DNA of 64,000 nt from Chara braunii (lineage: Eukaryota; Plantae; Charophyceae), in contig BFEA01000004.1 in assembly GCA_003427395.1 (NCBI GenBank), positions 2,709,322 through 2,773,321 of the forward strand, in the 5' to 3' direction. This document shows, piece by piece, positions 21,832 to 36,179 of the stretch; the stretch's first letter is position 1; each line of letters starts with the position of its first letter. The position numbers and the translations under genes are program-made. The notes under the pieces are model-generated. The model was given only the letters and a program-made list of their open reading frames with translations, was not told the DNA's origin and did not search any database.

Positions 21832-23209
21832 TTCTTCCCGCAGAGTCTCAGGTCATAGATAGCGCCGCATGCGAAATTGGTGAGAACAACAAAGAATAAC
21901 AGACCCTCTTGCCCGAAACCAACAACAGTGACATATTAATATCGGATAGCATCGCGGGCGACAATCTTGTCGAGTCTTGTCAAAAGTACGTCCTTGATCG
22001 GGATTGTCTGAATTGCATTCATGTGTAGAGGTGGATACCGAAACCGATCTATGTGTTTTTTATGAGGACAACGTCTGACTTATGTTGCAATGACTAAATG
22101 TTGTTCAATTTTTACTGAAATTGAATGTTGCTGAGATAAAAAGAGACTGATTGTTGCCGAGATAACAACATTGAACGCCGATTTAGATTGAATGGTGCTG
22201 AGATAACAAATCACTCAACACTGACTGAGACTGAATGCTGCTGAAAGAATTGCAGATTACAGAGTGGTGTCTTGCTGACTAAGATATTGGTTTAGGTTTC
22301 GAGAGAAGAGTCTGAACGTCTCTTGTGCTCACTGGAGCCGCGCCCTGGCTTGCTCCACCGATTCTTGCCATGATCCGGTACTTTGCAACTTGTCATTCTG
22401 ATCACGAAAGTAAAACACATACTCGATGAAATTTTCTTCCTTACCCCTCAGATTGCATTCTCTCTCAAAACCATTTCCTGATGCTCCGTATGCAGAATGA
22501 CCTCGTCCTCCCAGTTTTCATGCTTCTCCAAAACGAATCCGCATTTTATCAGTAGGATTTCATTTTCCTTCATGATTTTCTTCACTTTCCAAGGCTTAGA
22601 CCATGAATAGGATAGTGTACAGATGACTTTGGTAGGGCTACGCTCATGTAGGGATGAATACTGAGGTAGGTGTGAGGTTCCTTGCTGGGAGCGCTATCTA
22701 AATTTTGCTGGCTCGAATATCGAAATAATGATAACACCCCGAGAGGAATTTCTTCAGGCAACTCGATGCAGCCAAGTTTATGAGTCACATGACGTTAACC
22801 AATGAGAACATGATACCACTTTGAGAGCTTGAATGGAAATGAGCGCTCATTTTTCCGACCTAGATATTCACGGATAGTAACCCTCACTAGCTAAGTGTTG
22901 AACTCGAGGCTTGTTTTTTTTTCTTTTTTGTTTGGGATAAAAAACTTCAATCTATTCGTGGGGAGCATCACGTGTTGAGAACCGGGCTCAGCGTCCCGTT
23001 GAAGTACAACTGAGAATATGTAACACATTTGAAGTTCTGGGGCCATTCCCGACTTTGGCTAAGAAAAAAATCAGTCGATTACCAAACCTGCGAAAACCTA
23101 TGAGAAACAACTTCAAGAACAATTGCAGTTCTTTGAGAAAACTGCCTATGATTTACCCAACCACAGTCCAAACCTGAAAGCAAAAGATCCTAACTAAAAC
23201 CTCTTACTG

Positions 23210-24390
23210 TTTACACCTCCTTTTCAACAAGCGAAAAAACGTGAAGTCCAAGCGTTTAGTCCTCCTACAAAAATTCTTTTGATTTGCTACTCCCCTATGC
23301 AAGGTTACAGAGCAACACAAACTTTCCCAGTACCGACCAGCCTGGTTCGACTGACAAAGAGTGCCTTCCTCCCTCGACACTTTACACCTCCTTTTCAACA
23401 AGCGAACAAACGTGAAGTCCAAGCGTTTAGTCCTCCTACAAAAATTCTTCTGATCTGCTACTCCCCTATGCAAGGTTACAGAGCAACACAAACTTTCCCA
23501 GTACCGACCAGCCTGGTTCGACTGACAAAGAGTGCCTTCCTCCCTCGACACTCTTGATTAGCCACACACCCCTAAGTTACAAGGAACCCCCCCCGACATC
23601 AGTTACGTCGAACAACCTTCCTCCCTTGACATAACTCCACAGACCTCTTGCTCTCCAGGTTACAAAGCAAAAGCTCCAACATCGGTCTGCGTTGTCCCAA
23701 CTTTGTCCTTCTGACCTACTTACTTAGTCAAACGTCCCTTCCCATGTTGAAACCCCCTTGCTTCCTCCCATCTTCCAGTTCTAACCTTCTCCTTCCCCCC
23801 TCGGGCATACTATCCACAATCTCCCTAATCATAGGCAGATCTCTACATAGTCCCTCTGTGAGATACCGGGATCATTACCCGACTTCGACTAAGAAACCCC
23901 TTAGACAATTACCAGAAACAACCCTAAGACCATAAAGACAGAGGGTCAAAACTGAACCCGCCAACTATTCAATCCTCCCCCCCTTAACAGACGAATTGGC
24001 GGTCTATGCTTTCGGTCCTCGTACCAGAACGCACCTGGTCTCTTACCTCCTTTTGCCAGGGTGACAGGGCAACACAACCTTCCCCAGTACCGACCAACCT
24101 AGCTCTGGCTGACAGGAAATGCCTTCCTCTCTCGACATCTCCCTTAGCAGCAAGCCCCTGACAGATTACAGGGTGGATACCCTTGCGCTAGCTACGTCGG
24201 ACAATGTGGTTATGCCGTCCACCCTATGCAATCTCCATACGCCTCAAGCTCCCCCTAGGTCACAGAGTAGAAACTCCGACACATGTCTGTGTCGTCCCAA
24301 CACCGTCCTTCAAAACCTACTTACATGAACAAACAACCCCTCCCATGTTGCAAGATTCCTTACTACCTTCCATCCTCCAGTTCTAATCCC
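23210..24390 (-). mobile_element. Possible LTR-retrotransposon 3-prime remnant with 171-bp tandem duplication
   Basis: Near-identical 171-bp units at 23210-23380 and 23381-23551; diverged third copy from ~24070; minus-strand purine tract TTAAGGGGGGGAGGA followed by TG near 23970-23987. The repeat is certain, the LTR assignment is tentative. Confidence 0.4.
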
Positions 24391-24911
24391 CTCCCCGAAT
24401 TGACAACATAGTACTCGTTTTGAATCAAAATTTAGAAATGAATTTTAGCCAATCACGTTTTTAGTCAGCTGGGTGAGGTTCATCCCCCAAAGCCCCCCCC
24501 CTCCCTGTTGACCTTGCTCCGACTGGACTTACCACGCCTCAGCGTTGTCGTACCCTAATTCCATCCAGCTGGCTAACCCGCTCACCAACTAGATGCATTA
24601 CATCCATCCCACAAGACCTCTCCCACCCTGTTGCAAATTCCAACGTTAAGAACCTGATGTCATCACTCAAGAATTTCAACATGTTAGTCCTCAAAAGGAT
24701 CGCAAACAGACAATCAGACATTGAATCGAGACACATAGTGACTCAAATTTGAAAATAAAAATTACCTACCTAATGAATTTAAGCATTGACACAAATCAGA
24801 AAATGAAACGAGATTGAGTTAAGATTTGAAAATTACTTTTAAGAAATCAGAGTTGCCCAACCTATGATTTACGAGTCTCAGGCTAAGAGTATTGCCCATG
24901 AAGTAATTCAA

Positions 24912-25106
24912 CATTAAAGTGTGAAATTCGAAAGAAATAGGCAAATAAACTAGGTCAAAATTAGGCAACCAAACTAGGTCATAATTAATCTTGATTTTCA
25001 AACCTCAGCATTCAAATGTGAAATTCGAAAGAAATAGGCAAACAAAATAGGTCAAAATTAGGCAACCAAACTAGGTCAGAATTAATCTTGATTTTCAAAC
25101 CTCAGA
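24912..25106. repeat. 97-bp tandem duplication
   Basis: TGTGAAATTCGAAAGAAATAGGCAAA...TTTTCAAACCTCAG occurs twice. Confidence 0.9.
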
Positions 25107-27691
25107 ATCATAATTATCGGTTATATTTTCGTTACATATCTAGAATTTAAGGTTAGAAGGACTAATAGGTATTCAAATAGGCAGAACTATCTAGGAATCA
25201 CATTGTTAAGAATCTCATCAGGGTCGTCACAGAATTGTCACTATAAAACGTGAAGAGGAAGAACACAACTTACCCTCAATAATTCCTAAACGCACCTCCC
25301 CCCTCTCCAAACCTCACCTCCTCCTTCATTGGCTCTCAAGCAACTCGGTCGCCTGTAGTTGATAACTATTCAACCATCTCAAATGACCGAACGATGAAGA
25401 TAACAGGACCGCAACTACGATTACCATCACAACAATTCAAACCACGTCACGAGTTTAAACCGCTGAGCCGGCCAACTGCGCCTCATAGGTAGCCCAAAGA
25501 GATGAAGGGGTGTCATCGTCGCAGATGTCACCCGCATATAGAAGGCCTGTCTTCGACATCCTACTTCCGCATTCCTCCTCCCATTCCTTCTTGTAATACT
25601 CCCCCTCTAGCCCATGAAATTTGTCTGCCTCCCCTTACTCCCCCACGCAACATTCCTCCTCTCCAACGAGACCATGATCATATGAGACACATTGCCCCCG
25701 TGTTCTTCCTCCCAAGCAAACAAGCACGTGACAGAAACAACAAGTAGGAGAGCCTTCGCAACGCCCGGACACCACTAGCCTGCTTCTTCATGCCCCACGA
25801 TCCCTCTTCTGCCTCATCATCCACGTGTTGTCTTCTTGCCCGACACTTTCGTTCTCGCGTCGAAGTTGCCGTCACGGCGGCCCAACCGCTCTTCGTTTCC
25901 CACCCTCACCAAGGAGCCTGCCATCGTGTCAAAACGTCGGGCGACGAAGCGCTACCACGCTCCGCCGAATTGACGGGTGAATCTTTGAAAAAGTATCAAC
26001 GGGGGGAGCAAACGTTTGGAATCATGAAAAGACTGGTTGCTGATCTACATGTTACTGTCAAATGTGGAGAAAATTTGGATAGTGAATGATGCTCATTGAC
26101 TGTTTCACTTATGAACCTTCAAAGAAAGAAAGCATTGAATATCAACTTTCACTTGATGATTGTTCCTGCTTTTCTAATGGTTTCGGACGATGAGCCGATA
26201 CTATCGCAGTTTTGTCTGAACAATCGTGGAAATGTAAAACACGCTCAATGAACGTAGTCCTCCCCTTCTACATAAAGTAACCCACTGCAAGGCACTAGTG
26301 CACTGATCCACTTCGAAAAATCCCTTACGTTGAGAGACCGAGAACGTAAGAAAACTCTCCTCTGTTTAGAGGCTCAAAAGCCGCACGTAGTAGTCAACCA
26401 TTTATTGAGGCGTGCAACAACTGTTCACACCTAAGATGAGTGGCAACTAGGTGACGAGAGTCTTATCTGCGAGGAACCTTTTTTCCAGTTTCCGATAAGT
26501 ACTCGGCGGTAAAGCCTTCAACAAGCCAAAAAATGTTAGTTTCCCCCCCCAACCAGAGTTAGTTAATACAAAGGCCGCACTTTCCCTCTCAAACTAGCAA
26601 CTACCCCTTCTGGGAACTTGAGCAATCAATCTAAATTAGACCTGATGTTAGCACGGGTAGCCGTCTGTTTCTTAAATATGCATAGGGCACATTCGTTGGA
26701 GGGGCCTATTCAACTAGAGAAGGCCCTTTGCCTTTTAAATGATACAGATAAATGCACGCTCGAGCACCACGATTCCATTCAGGGAGTAAACTGCAGGACT
26801 GAGCCAGAGTATGAGTTGGGAACGCAGGGAAAAGGTAGTCTACTCGAGTAGAGCTTTAGTCACCATCGAGCAAGAACTTCGTCAACAAGTAAGCGACCTT
26901 CTTCAAAAAGGTTCGCTTCTTGCCCATTAAGCTTCGCGAGATGATTGCATGGATCAGGAAGGTTTCCCCTGAAGAACTCTCAGTTCTTAGCCTGGTCTCG
27001 TAGAGAATGAGGAGCGGTCGACAACTTTGTTTCGTTTAAAGGGGGTCGATTGACAAATATAATATGCCGACCCTCTCTGATCACCATGCCATGAAAGGTC
27101 TCCATCATCATCGTCTCGTTCCCTTTTGAGTTTAGAGGTAGCACACTGAGTGGGATGTGCGCGAAACAGAATACAATCAGGTAAGAATCTTGAACTGTGT
27201 TTTTCTGGCAGGTCATAAGCGGTTGCGAGGTCTTTTGTCCGATGAGCTTAATTGCAGGTTACCCCGCTTGAATCATTGAAGTCTTTCTCTACCAGGCTTC
27301 AGGTCTGTCGATTCGTAGTCAAAATATGTACATGGCAAAATCACAACAGCCCTGGATAGGAGTTGCTAGACAACATCTCATATGAGCACTTATTTTTTAA
27401 AACCCAGTTTCAGTTTACTTATTCCGTGGAGCAGAACATTGATACTTTATGATCTTGGGGGTTCAACTTTTGACCGTGCAGTCGAGCAAGTGACTCTTCG
27501 TGCTCTAGTCCCTTCACTCTAGTACCTCTCATTTCCGCAGTCAACTAATCCAGCTAACACGCTTTAACTTCCTCCAAGCATAGGGTTACAATCAGCGCCT
27601 GTTCAGAGGAGCCCTATGGCCATCCGCACATTTAGACCATTAAGCGAAGCGGAAGTTCTCTAGCATAGTGAAGCTTACAATAAGTGCACAA

Positions 27692-28012
27692 GAGGTTAAC
27701 GGGGCATCTGGTTTTCAGGCCTGAAATTTCTGAAATTAGGGTTTTTGGCTCAAATTTCATGTTTTTTTGGAATTTCAAGTTTTTGCTATATTTCTGAAAA
27801 TTTTGAAATTGGTCGAGTTTTTTTTTGGCCAAATTTCATGGAAATACACCTTTGGCTTGCTGTTTTATATGTTTTTAATTGCTTTTTTTAGGTTTTTTTT
27901 TTCTGTGATGGGGTTGTAAGAAGTGCACTCTATAGATTGGTGTGAAGTGTTGTTAAAATGACTGTCTAATTTTCTTATAAATGGGCCTGAAAAAAGGGTG
28001 CTCGGTTAACCT
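27692..28012. mobile_element. MITE with ~30-bp imperfect TIRs
   Basis: GAGGTTAACGGGGCATCTGGTTTTCAGGCC vs GGCCTGAAAAAAGGGTGCTCGGTTAACCT; right half homologous to 51920-52118. Confidence 0.65.
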
Positions 28013-31000
28013 GCTCTCTCCCACCCGCTAAGACTGGGGCCAGGATGGACCAAGTGCGAAAGTCATTAGCATCAACGCTGATTCTCACGGAAAGTGTACG
28101 CTTTGGACACGTAACAATTTAGGAGGGGGAGGTGACGCCCGCCTAAACGGAGAGGCGAGCAGTTCGTCGTCCCCCTCTCTTGGGCGTACGTATCTCGTAT
28201 GACTCCACCACAGTTACTCTGCGGCAGCATCAGCCTTGCTAAGTTGCCACGCTTGTCGCAAGTTGACCTCCAGGCTTTGCTCTTCTCTCACACCTTCTCA
28301 CTTCGCACGTGTAGTCTCGCCTTTTCGGCATCCCCTCCTCACTGATCCCGCGTCCCTTTAAATCTTCCACACACATAATGGCTAGCCCCCTTTCACGCTG
28401 GTCGTGCATGAACCATACGAGGTAAGCGCACCGAGCCCTTCTCTTGCCTGGTCTTCCGAGTGACCCCGGACCTCAAGGGAAGAGCTTGTTCTAACTGCTA
28501 CACACACCCACATATCATGCCAGATCCCATGTGAATTACTGGCGGCCTTGACCAGTCGGTGACATCAACAAGTAAGGAGGACATCCTGTTTTTTTCCTCG
28601 CATATGACTTCTCCCCTCTCCCGTTCTTGAGTGTGGCTGTCACGCGCGTCACTATCACTATCCCTCGCTTATTGGTTTTGAGACCACTTTCTACAGGCTT
28701 GATAGGCGGATGGTCCTGTCGCCACTGGTCCAGATCGTGCGAGGACAGAGTCCCACCCGTGCTGACCTCGCTCTCACCTCCCGAGTCTCAGTCCAGGTGA
28801 GCCTGCTCGCGCTCTATCATATAAGTAGAGGTCTCGGCCTCATGATATGCGACCGTCACTTGCACTTTTGTTGTGACACCGTCTCACCTGCACCTTCGCT
28901 TTGCCCTGTTTTTTGTCTCAGTGACCGCCGCCTACAACTTCTGATCACTTCTTATTTTCTAATCTTTCGCTTCTTCCACATTGATCTTCAACTTGGCCTC
29001 TGCTCCCCTGTAGTAGTTAAGAATGGTAGTGACCCATGGCCCCTCCCCAGACATCGTCCTCCAGCGCGTTAGGAGGTTCCGGTAGTCTGGCCTATAGCCA
29101 TGCAAGGCCATAGCTGTGTGCTCTCTGGACTAGTTGCCCACTCCACAGAATAACCCGAGCTTGGCCACAAGTGTACAAACACGAGAAGCACCTATCACTG
29201 GCTTGGTTCACTGCCCCTTCCCTTCAAACCTCCTGCGTTAGTGCAACGAAGTCCCCTGTGTGCACCTGCTGGCCAATAGTCGGTAGGGCGGTCGCTGCTC
29301 TGTTTTATGGAACCAGTAAGTGTTGCGTTCCCCGTGTTCTAAGCGGGGTGCTTGAAACCACCTTCAGGCCGGTAGGTTGGGCAAAGTTAAAATAAAACCA
29401 AAACAAGACAAAAAAAAAAAAGGAAGGGAAATGACACGTGACCGTTAAACCCAAATAGCTATTTGAGTGCACGCTATTCTCAATCAGTGCCTGTAATCTT
29501 TTCAGCTAAACCTGAAAAGACCGTTGTCCCGACGCGTTGTGGTCCCATAACTGGACCCTAGCCAACGCTTCGCTTTCTTCATAGAGCACTTACGGGCCAC
29601 CATTGATGGGTACCAGTGTTCGATGGCAAGGAAGAGGCTTATAACTTTCCATGGGAGGTAATAGGCCTCCTACCGAAGCGGTCGCGGGCTGCCCTTCTTT
29701 TGGGGTCATGATAGGAGCGAAAAGCGATGGGCCATACTAGTCCAGGTCGCCTGTTTAAAATTGAGCTTCAAGAATTTAAAAGTTCATTCCCTTACAAAGC
29801 GACAGAAAACGGGGAACAAATTTTTAAAATGCGACTTACAATAATAATTATATAATAATAATAATAATAGCAAGGGGGAAAAAAAAGAATAACATGATTT
29901 GTAGCACTGCTGCAGCCCAACGGACGAAAATGACGATTCAAGTTGAGACGCAAATTCAACATGAGACTTCCCTCGCTTTTATTTCTTTTCTTTCTCTTTT
30001 CTTACTTCCGCCTCACCTCGACAGTGACCGTAGTCCACGGTGCATGTCCCATAACTCGTCCAGAGAGGGTTCATCGCACAATAGGAAGGACTATGCTAGC
30101 CCTCTACGTCCGCATCCTTTGGCGAGCCTGGCGGCTACCACGATCTCAAATCGGTTGTGATCTGTTGTATAGCAGGTCGCCGAGCCTACGTGGACCAAAG
30201 GAAAGTCTAGAGGCGGTCGTGAACTGGGCAGGCCTGGTACATCATGAAAGACCAAAAATAGAACGTGTCTGGATCACAATTGAGTTCCCTAGACAGGCTA
30301 CTGTTACTCGGCATGGTACACAAGTGAGTGTCTGGCATGCGGCGTGATACGCGAGCAAGCGTCTGGTACGCAGCGGAGGGTTGGGGCACCGTGCCCTCCG
30401 ACAATGCGTCTAGCCCTCTAGGAAGTTGTTTGTAGACACTTCTTCCCCTCGCATGAGCCTGACGACCCGGATCTCAGAGGTTGGGCCGTCACCACCGAGT
30501 CGGCAAAGTACCACCCCCGACGAATCAGGTCCACCCCAAGTCGATAACAGGGCCGACTTTGAAAACATACGAACCCCCGTCTTGGATGCTTCATAGAGGT
30601 AGAGGACAATCAAACCCAACGTGGATTGCGCATCCCGTTGTCCCGCACCACCTGAGAATTAAAAAAAAAAAAAAAACATAAACTGACGAGGCCTTAGAAA
30701 AGGAGGTGGGCATTCGAGATAAAACTTTTGCCTTGGTTCTTTGGAGCCTCCCTTCTTCTGATTCCTCTAACTTGAATTTTTTCTTAGTTCAAATGCCATA
30801 TATTGAATGTAGTTCAGGAAGAGAAAAAAAAAACTCATCCAAACAGTTGCTTCCTCCTTTCCAAAACATGCATTTAATTTTTCACATACATGCACACACC
30901 ATAGTTATCACAAGTCCAAGGGAGAAAACAAAAAAAAACACATTTCCTCACAAACAGTCAGGATTGCACCTTTCTCCCATTACCATGATCATACATACAC

Positions 31001-32952
31001 CATAACTATCCTTTTTTTTTTTTTTTTCAGACGCCCAAAAACAAAAAATGAAGGGTCATACAAAGTGTGGGTGCAAATGAGGTGAAGGGAAAGAAAGAAC
31101 TTGAGTCCTCCACGGACCTTAAGTAGATGAAGTCTCAAACAATCTTTATAACTCTCTTTTTTGTGACCCAAAAAAATATCACCACCCTCCTCTAGCTATG
31201 ACTGCCAAACTCACCGTCTATGGCCGCCGAGTCCACACCAACGACCATCGGTTATCACTAACTTGTGTTGCAACCCCTATTGCAACAACAAACTTTCATC
31301 ACCAAGTCGCACGACAATCCACACCTCCTTGCAGCTATGGCCGCCGATGCCGCAAGTATCCGGCCAACAAGCTTATGGCTATGGCTGCTGCCGTCCAGCT
31401 ATGGTCGTGGAGTGCCTGACTACGGTCGAGGAGTGTCCATCTTTCACCACCTCTCTTACTCCCACTTACTTGCTCATCACTCACACCTCCACAATAGCCA
31501 CCTTCTTCACCACCTTCACACACCTCACAGAACATCAAAAATTTCGGCAACACTTCCCCCGTTCCACCTTGCATTCCACTATGGAGTTGGGCATCACCTT
31601 CCCCTCACGCCACCATGCAGACCACCTTCCATTCCAGCAACATCTCTCTCGCACCTGCAAATCACCATCTCCCTCTAGCAGCACATCCCTCTCACTTGCA
31701 TACCACCATCTCCCTCTCCTTCATTTCCAGACCACCATAGCATCCCTCATCACCTTCTTCTTCTTAGACGCCAGCAACCTCTCCCCTCAGCAGATGAATG
31801 ATTTTCTTCCTAGCAAATGAGCAGCATCACTGCCTCACAAGTTTGAGCCAACTTGGGAAGTAGGTTGCTTATATAGTTGAGGGAGGTGGTGGTGGCAGCC
31901 TGAGCCCTCAACCAAAAATTGGAACTCAGGCTGAGCCCTTGGCATGTACCAGGTCTACAAAGCTCAAAACACCAGATCCATCCATTAGGAAAAGGACTTG
32001 GCTTCTTTTCAGGCATTAGTGCACCCAGGGGTGGCTCTATCCAGCCCCTTCCTTGTTGATCTGTTATTGTTGAGGCCTAGCCTCAGCAATGCATTTCCCC
32101 CCTAGACCTAACCAGACTCAGAGCCAACTCCCTGGCCAGTTTGCTGCACAAAGTGCAGAAAACCTCCTGAGAACCTGGCCACGGCAGTGGCCAGGTACAC
32201 ACACACACACACAAGGGGAAAAAAAATAAAAATATAACTCCACCTTTTTTTTTTTTAACGAGTGTGAAAGCTTGTTGAAAGGAGCAGCCCCTCCCACGTT
32301 CCGTCATTACCCAGAGTCGAGCTAGAGTCAATCTCAACAGGGCCTTCTACCCCTTAGTGCGCCCGAACCTGGCTCGGTCCATGTGCCAAGTTCGGGCACC
32401 ACCTCAGGTTGCTGCAGCCCGTTCAAAACGAACGGGCGCAGGTACGAAAGTATGCAACGTAGAAGGGGCCAAAAAATATGGTGGTGTATATTTTCATGTC
32501 CTAGCGGTAGATTCATTCGATTTTGCTCATCGTACCAATGAGAGTAGACTGAGGCCAGTGGCAAGGTGGAGCAGCCCGTTCGTCAAAACGAACGGGTGTT
32601 CACTCACTTCGTGAAAACGAGGGGCACCAAAAGAAGAGAAAAAATAAAAAAAGAAAAGGAAAAAAATATAAACGAAACCTAAAAAAGGAAGAATCTAAAG
32701 AGACTTAAGGAAAAAGCAAAGAGAAAAAAAAAGAAAAAACACACTTACTTGCTATCCCGTGAAAACGGCCAACCACTTATCTTTTCAGGGCAGGTGCCCT
32801 GTCACTTCAACATCCGTCGTCTGTCCGTTTAAGTTTAGTAGTGTTTTTTTTTTTTTTTTTTTCCCTCAGCTATTGCTCATTGGCTTATGCCAACGGTCGC
32901 CTTCCATAGTCTGCAGAGATGCAAATCTGAGTTCGAGTCCTTATGGATTCGA

Positions 32953-33001
32953 ACAAGTTTGGATCTCTCCTCGATTTATGCGTGTCATCCAGGCGTAGGC
33001 C
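32953..33001 (-). pseudogene. U6: Degenerate 3-prime fragment of U6 snRNA (copy 3)
   Basis: Minus strand GGCCTACGCCTGGATGACACGCATAAATCGAGGAGAGATCCAAACTTGT; 21-nt exact U6 core (32970-32990) with degenerate U6-like flanks; no clear TSD. Confidence 0.7.
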
Positions 33002-34184
33002 TATACAGGTCCGCGTGCGAATCTCAGTCGCGACCTTGGACGATCGCACGATCGAGATTGGCTGCACCTGTGAACCTCTGCACGTCTGCAGCTGCTCCAA
33101 AATGGAGCTAGCCCAGAGGCGTGACATGTTGGCTTCGATCCCGGTGTCTGCCAGGGAAGAGTTCAGTGTTATAACCTACTGGGCTAGCTCCTATCACAAT
33201 AGTGATAGGAGCAACTCTTCTATAAGAAGAGCTTGCCCAGTCGCTAGGCTGCTCTCTTGTAGCCTAGCACACTCTAAGGCTAAGGCCTGCTGGCACAACC
33301 AATCCCCCCCTTTCTCTTTGTTGGGCATTGACCCCCTGACTAGGTGCCCTGCCTTTACCATCCTCCTGCCGGTCCAAGCTCCGCCTCGCCGAAATACAAA
33401 GGTCGTCCATGGCTACAAGGGGGCCGCATTTTCACGCGCGGAGGTCTTAATTAGCCTTTTAGGCTTTGAATCACGTGGTTTAGCAGTCGTGCGTCCTTAT
33501 TTTAGGTAAGATAGGTCTATAATTATTATATATATATTTTTTACGACCGTACATGCGTGCGGCCTTACCAAATATGGGGAGAGACTGGCCACGCTGCCGG
33601 TCCTTGTCACCACTTCCAGATGCAGCGACGACAGGTCTTAGGTTCAAAACGTTTTAGTCTCTCGGTCATAGGGCGGGTCTGAATAAACTTCCAGCAGATA
33701 ACCAATCTCATCAAGACATGAGCTCGGATTACCTTTTACTAAGTCGGACATAATCTGAGGCTTAAAAACACCAGGCAGATACCCTTGTCAGGGTTTCTGC
33801 CCCGACATTGTGAAGCAGAAGTGGGCTACCACGAGTGATACTAACACACAACCATTGAAGAGGTTAAGGAATCCGTAGACAAGATGTAGGGGTCCGTGTG
33901 GCAGCAAGAGCTCTCCCATCTATTTGTGCAATGATTCTCCGCGTGCGGTACGAAGAGTTGAGGCAACATTTGATCCGTATACTGCACGGTACCAATTCAA
34001 ACTTGGGGTCCATGTGCTGATGGAGTAGGCTGTCATAGTGCACAAGCTCAACGATACCCTCATGGATTGTAGGTTTTTGTAGTAAATCGTCGGATTCTGA
34101 GCCAACCATCAACTTCTTGGTTGTCGGGTGTGGTGGGGCATTCGATGATGTCTCTTCAGGCACACTCATTATGTGTGCACGGGT

Positions 34185-34256
<72 letters not shown>

Positions 34257-34493
34257 GAGAGAGCGAGAGGATCTTGCTCTACTAGTAGACAACACTTTAG
34301 ATGCAATGGGACGCTTTCTGGGCGAGATGCTTTGGACGAGTCCGGCATTTAGAATGTATCGGATCCACAAAGCCTCGAGATCTGTTCTGTAGTGGAATGA
34401 GGTCACACACACACACACAATCTAATTGATTGATTGTCTGATCGATTGAATGATTGATTGATTTTTTTTTTTACACCCCCTATACCCCGGTCC

Positions 34494-34853
34494 CTGCGTA
34501 GCACGGCAAACGTGTTCGCACCCCTTCATGTTCGGGCGAACGTGTTCGCACGTTCGTGCGAACAGCTAGCAAACATGTTCGGGCGAACATTTTATTTTTC
34601 GTAAAAAAATATAATTTATTTTTTCGGTTTTTGATTTTTAACTCATGAGTGGTTATAAATTTGAACATGACGCCAAGGCAAAAGTTGCTTGTATTATTAC
34701 TTTACATAACATATAAGTTTTTCAGATTTTTTTGAGGATTTTATTTTTTTATAAATATTTTTTATGTTCGCGTTCGGAGGGTTTTGGGCGCTTGTTCACG
34801 TTCGGGTGAACATGTTCGCGTTCGCCTCCGAACACGAACACGGTGCTACGTTG
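34494..34853. mobile_element. hAT-like MITE with TGTTCG subterminal repeats
   Basis: TIR CTGCGTAGCAC / GTGCTACGTTG; 8-bp TSD CCCGGTCC / CCCAGTTC (6/8); many TGTTCG/CGAACA motifs at both ends. Confidence 0.72.
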
Positions 34854-34913
34854 CCCAGTTCGACAAAAAAAAAAAACATTTGCCTTCTTTTATCCATGAA
34901 CGGTTTGGGGGTG

Positions 34914-35756
34914 TGGTCCGTGGCTCAGTGGTTAGAGCACAAGTTGTCAATGGGCATTCTGGTGTGAGGTTATGGGTTCAACACTCGACACTTCTCTTGA
35001 GAGACTCCGCAGAGCGTTTACATAACGTACGGTCTATTGCATACCCCCTTGGGCTAATGCGGATAACCTATTACAGACACTGCCAACACAGCACCCAAGG
35101 GATGTCCATGATATTGTATGTTGGGCCTTGATGTTGCATGGGTTGCTTGCCACTCTCGGTCTTCAAGTTGGTGGTTCTGGTGATCTCCCCAGTCTGCCAT
35201 ACTACACACAGGTACCGCTAGCGAGATCACGGGTTCGAGTCTGGCTCGGGAGTTTGGGGGGCTTCTTGTCCAGCTTGGCCTATCATCTCTTCGGAGAACG
35301 TTTACATAACGTACGGTCAGTTGCTTACCCCCTTGGGATGATTCGGGTAAGCTATTACAGACGCTGTTTGTGCACCACCCAGGGGATGTCCATGATGTTG
35401 TATGTTCAACTTGGTCCTTGCTACTGCGTGGGTTGCTTGTTGCTCTCGGTCTTGGTCGTTCTGCTAATCTCCCCAATCTCTCATACTACACATAGGTACC
35501 GCTAGCCAGATCACGGGTTCGAGTCTGGCCCTGGACTTTGGGGGTCTTCTTGTCCAACTTGGCCTGTCATCTCTTCGTATACCCTGCATGCCACTGCCTC
35601 CATACACTCTATAGACACAATACTATACATTGTCTATGGGCACCTACAACCATACAATAGTATATACAACTCATATAAGCATACAACAAGTCCAGGACGA
35701 CATCTACACATACACACACACAAACTAAATAAATAAATAAATAAATAAATAAACAA
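34914..35756 (+). mobile_element. tRNA-derived SINE-like element with internal 284-bp tandem duplication and (TAAA)n tail
   Basis: A-box TGGCTCAGTGG at 34921, B-box-like GGGTTCAACAC at 34974; duplicated units start at 35011 and 35295; (TAAA)n at ~35726-35753; second family copy at 36628. Confidence 0.7.
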
Positions 35757-36179
35757 ACATATATATATAGAGAGAGAGGCAGGTTGCGGGCAAGTGGAAA
35801 GACAAATCCCTATAGGACGAACCTAACTGATGATCGGAATCTGCGGATAGGTAGGAGACAGTCTACTACCGAGGATAGATCAAGCAAGCATGGGTGCCCT
35901 TGGGGGAAAAAAACTAGTTGTTGACCGGGTTCTGGGGGAGGGCTGTCTATATTTTGGCAACAGATTAAGGGCGCATAGGGTCGCCCCTCCACTGCGTCAA
36001 GGCAGGGTGCCTCCAGGGGGGCGATATAAACCAACATAAAAATATTACCTACTCTAGGGGGGTCTATCAAGGGTGTCTGCTCATGTCTTAGACTTTAGTG
36101 CAGGGTAGGGATATATGTCGGTTTGACTAGTCCGAGTTTGGCCTAGCCTTGGATAACTTAGGGGAAGGATGGTAGGATG

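Noticed and set aside
23052-23065. U2-like TTTGGCTAAGA (also U5 loop-like CCTTTTACTAA at ~33732)
   Set aside because: 11-nt matches are expected by chance
29943-30640. Secreted Cys-containing protein pseudogene
   Set aside because: Only a signal-peptide-like T-rich start; no recognisable family in any frame
33189-33210. tet-operator-like palindrome
   Set aside because: Spacing differs from tetO and there is no vector or bacterial context
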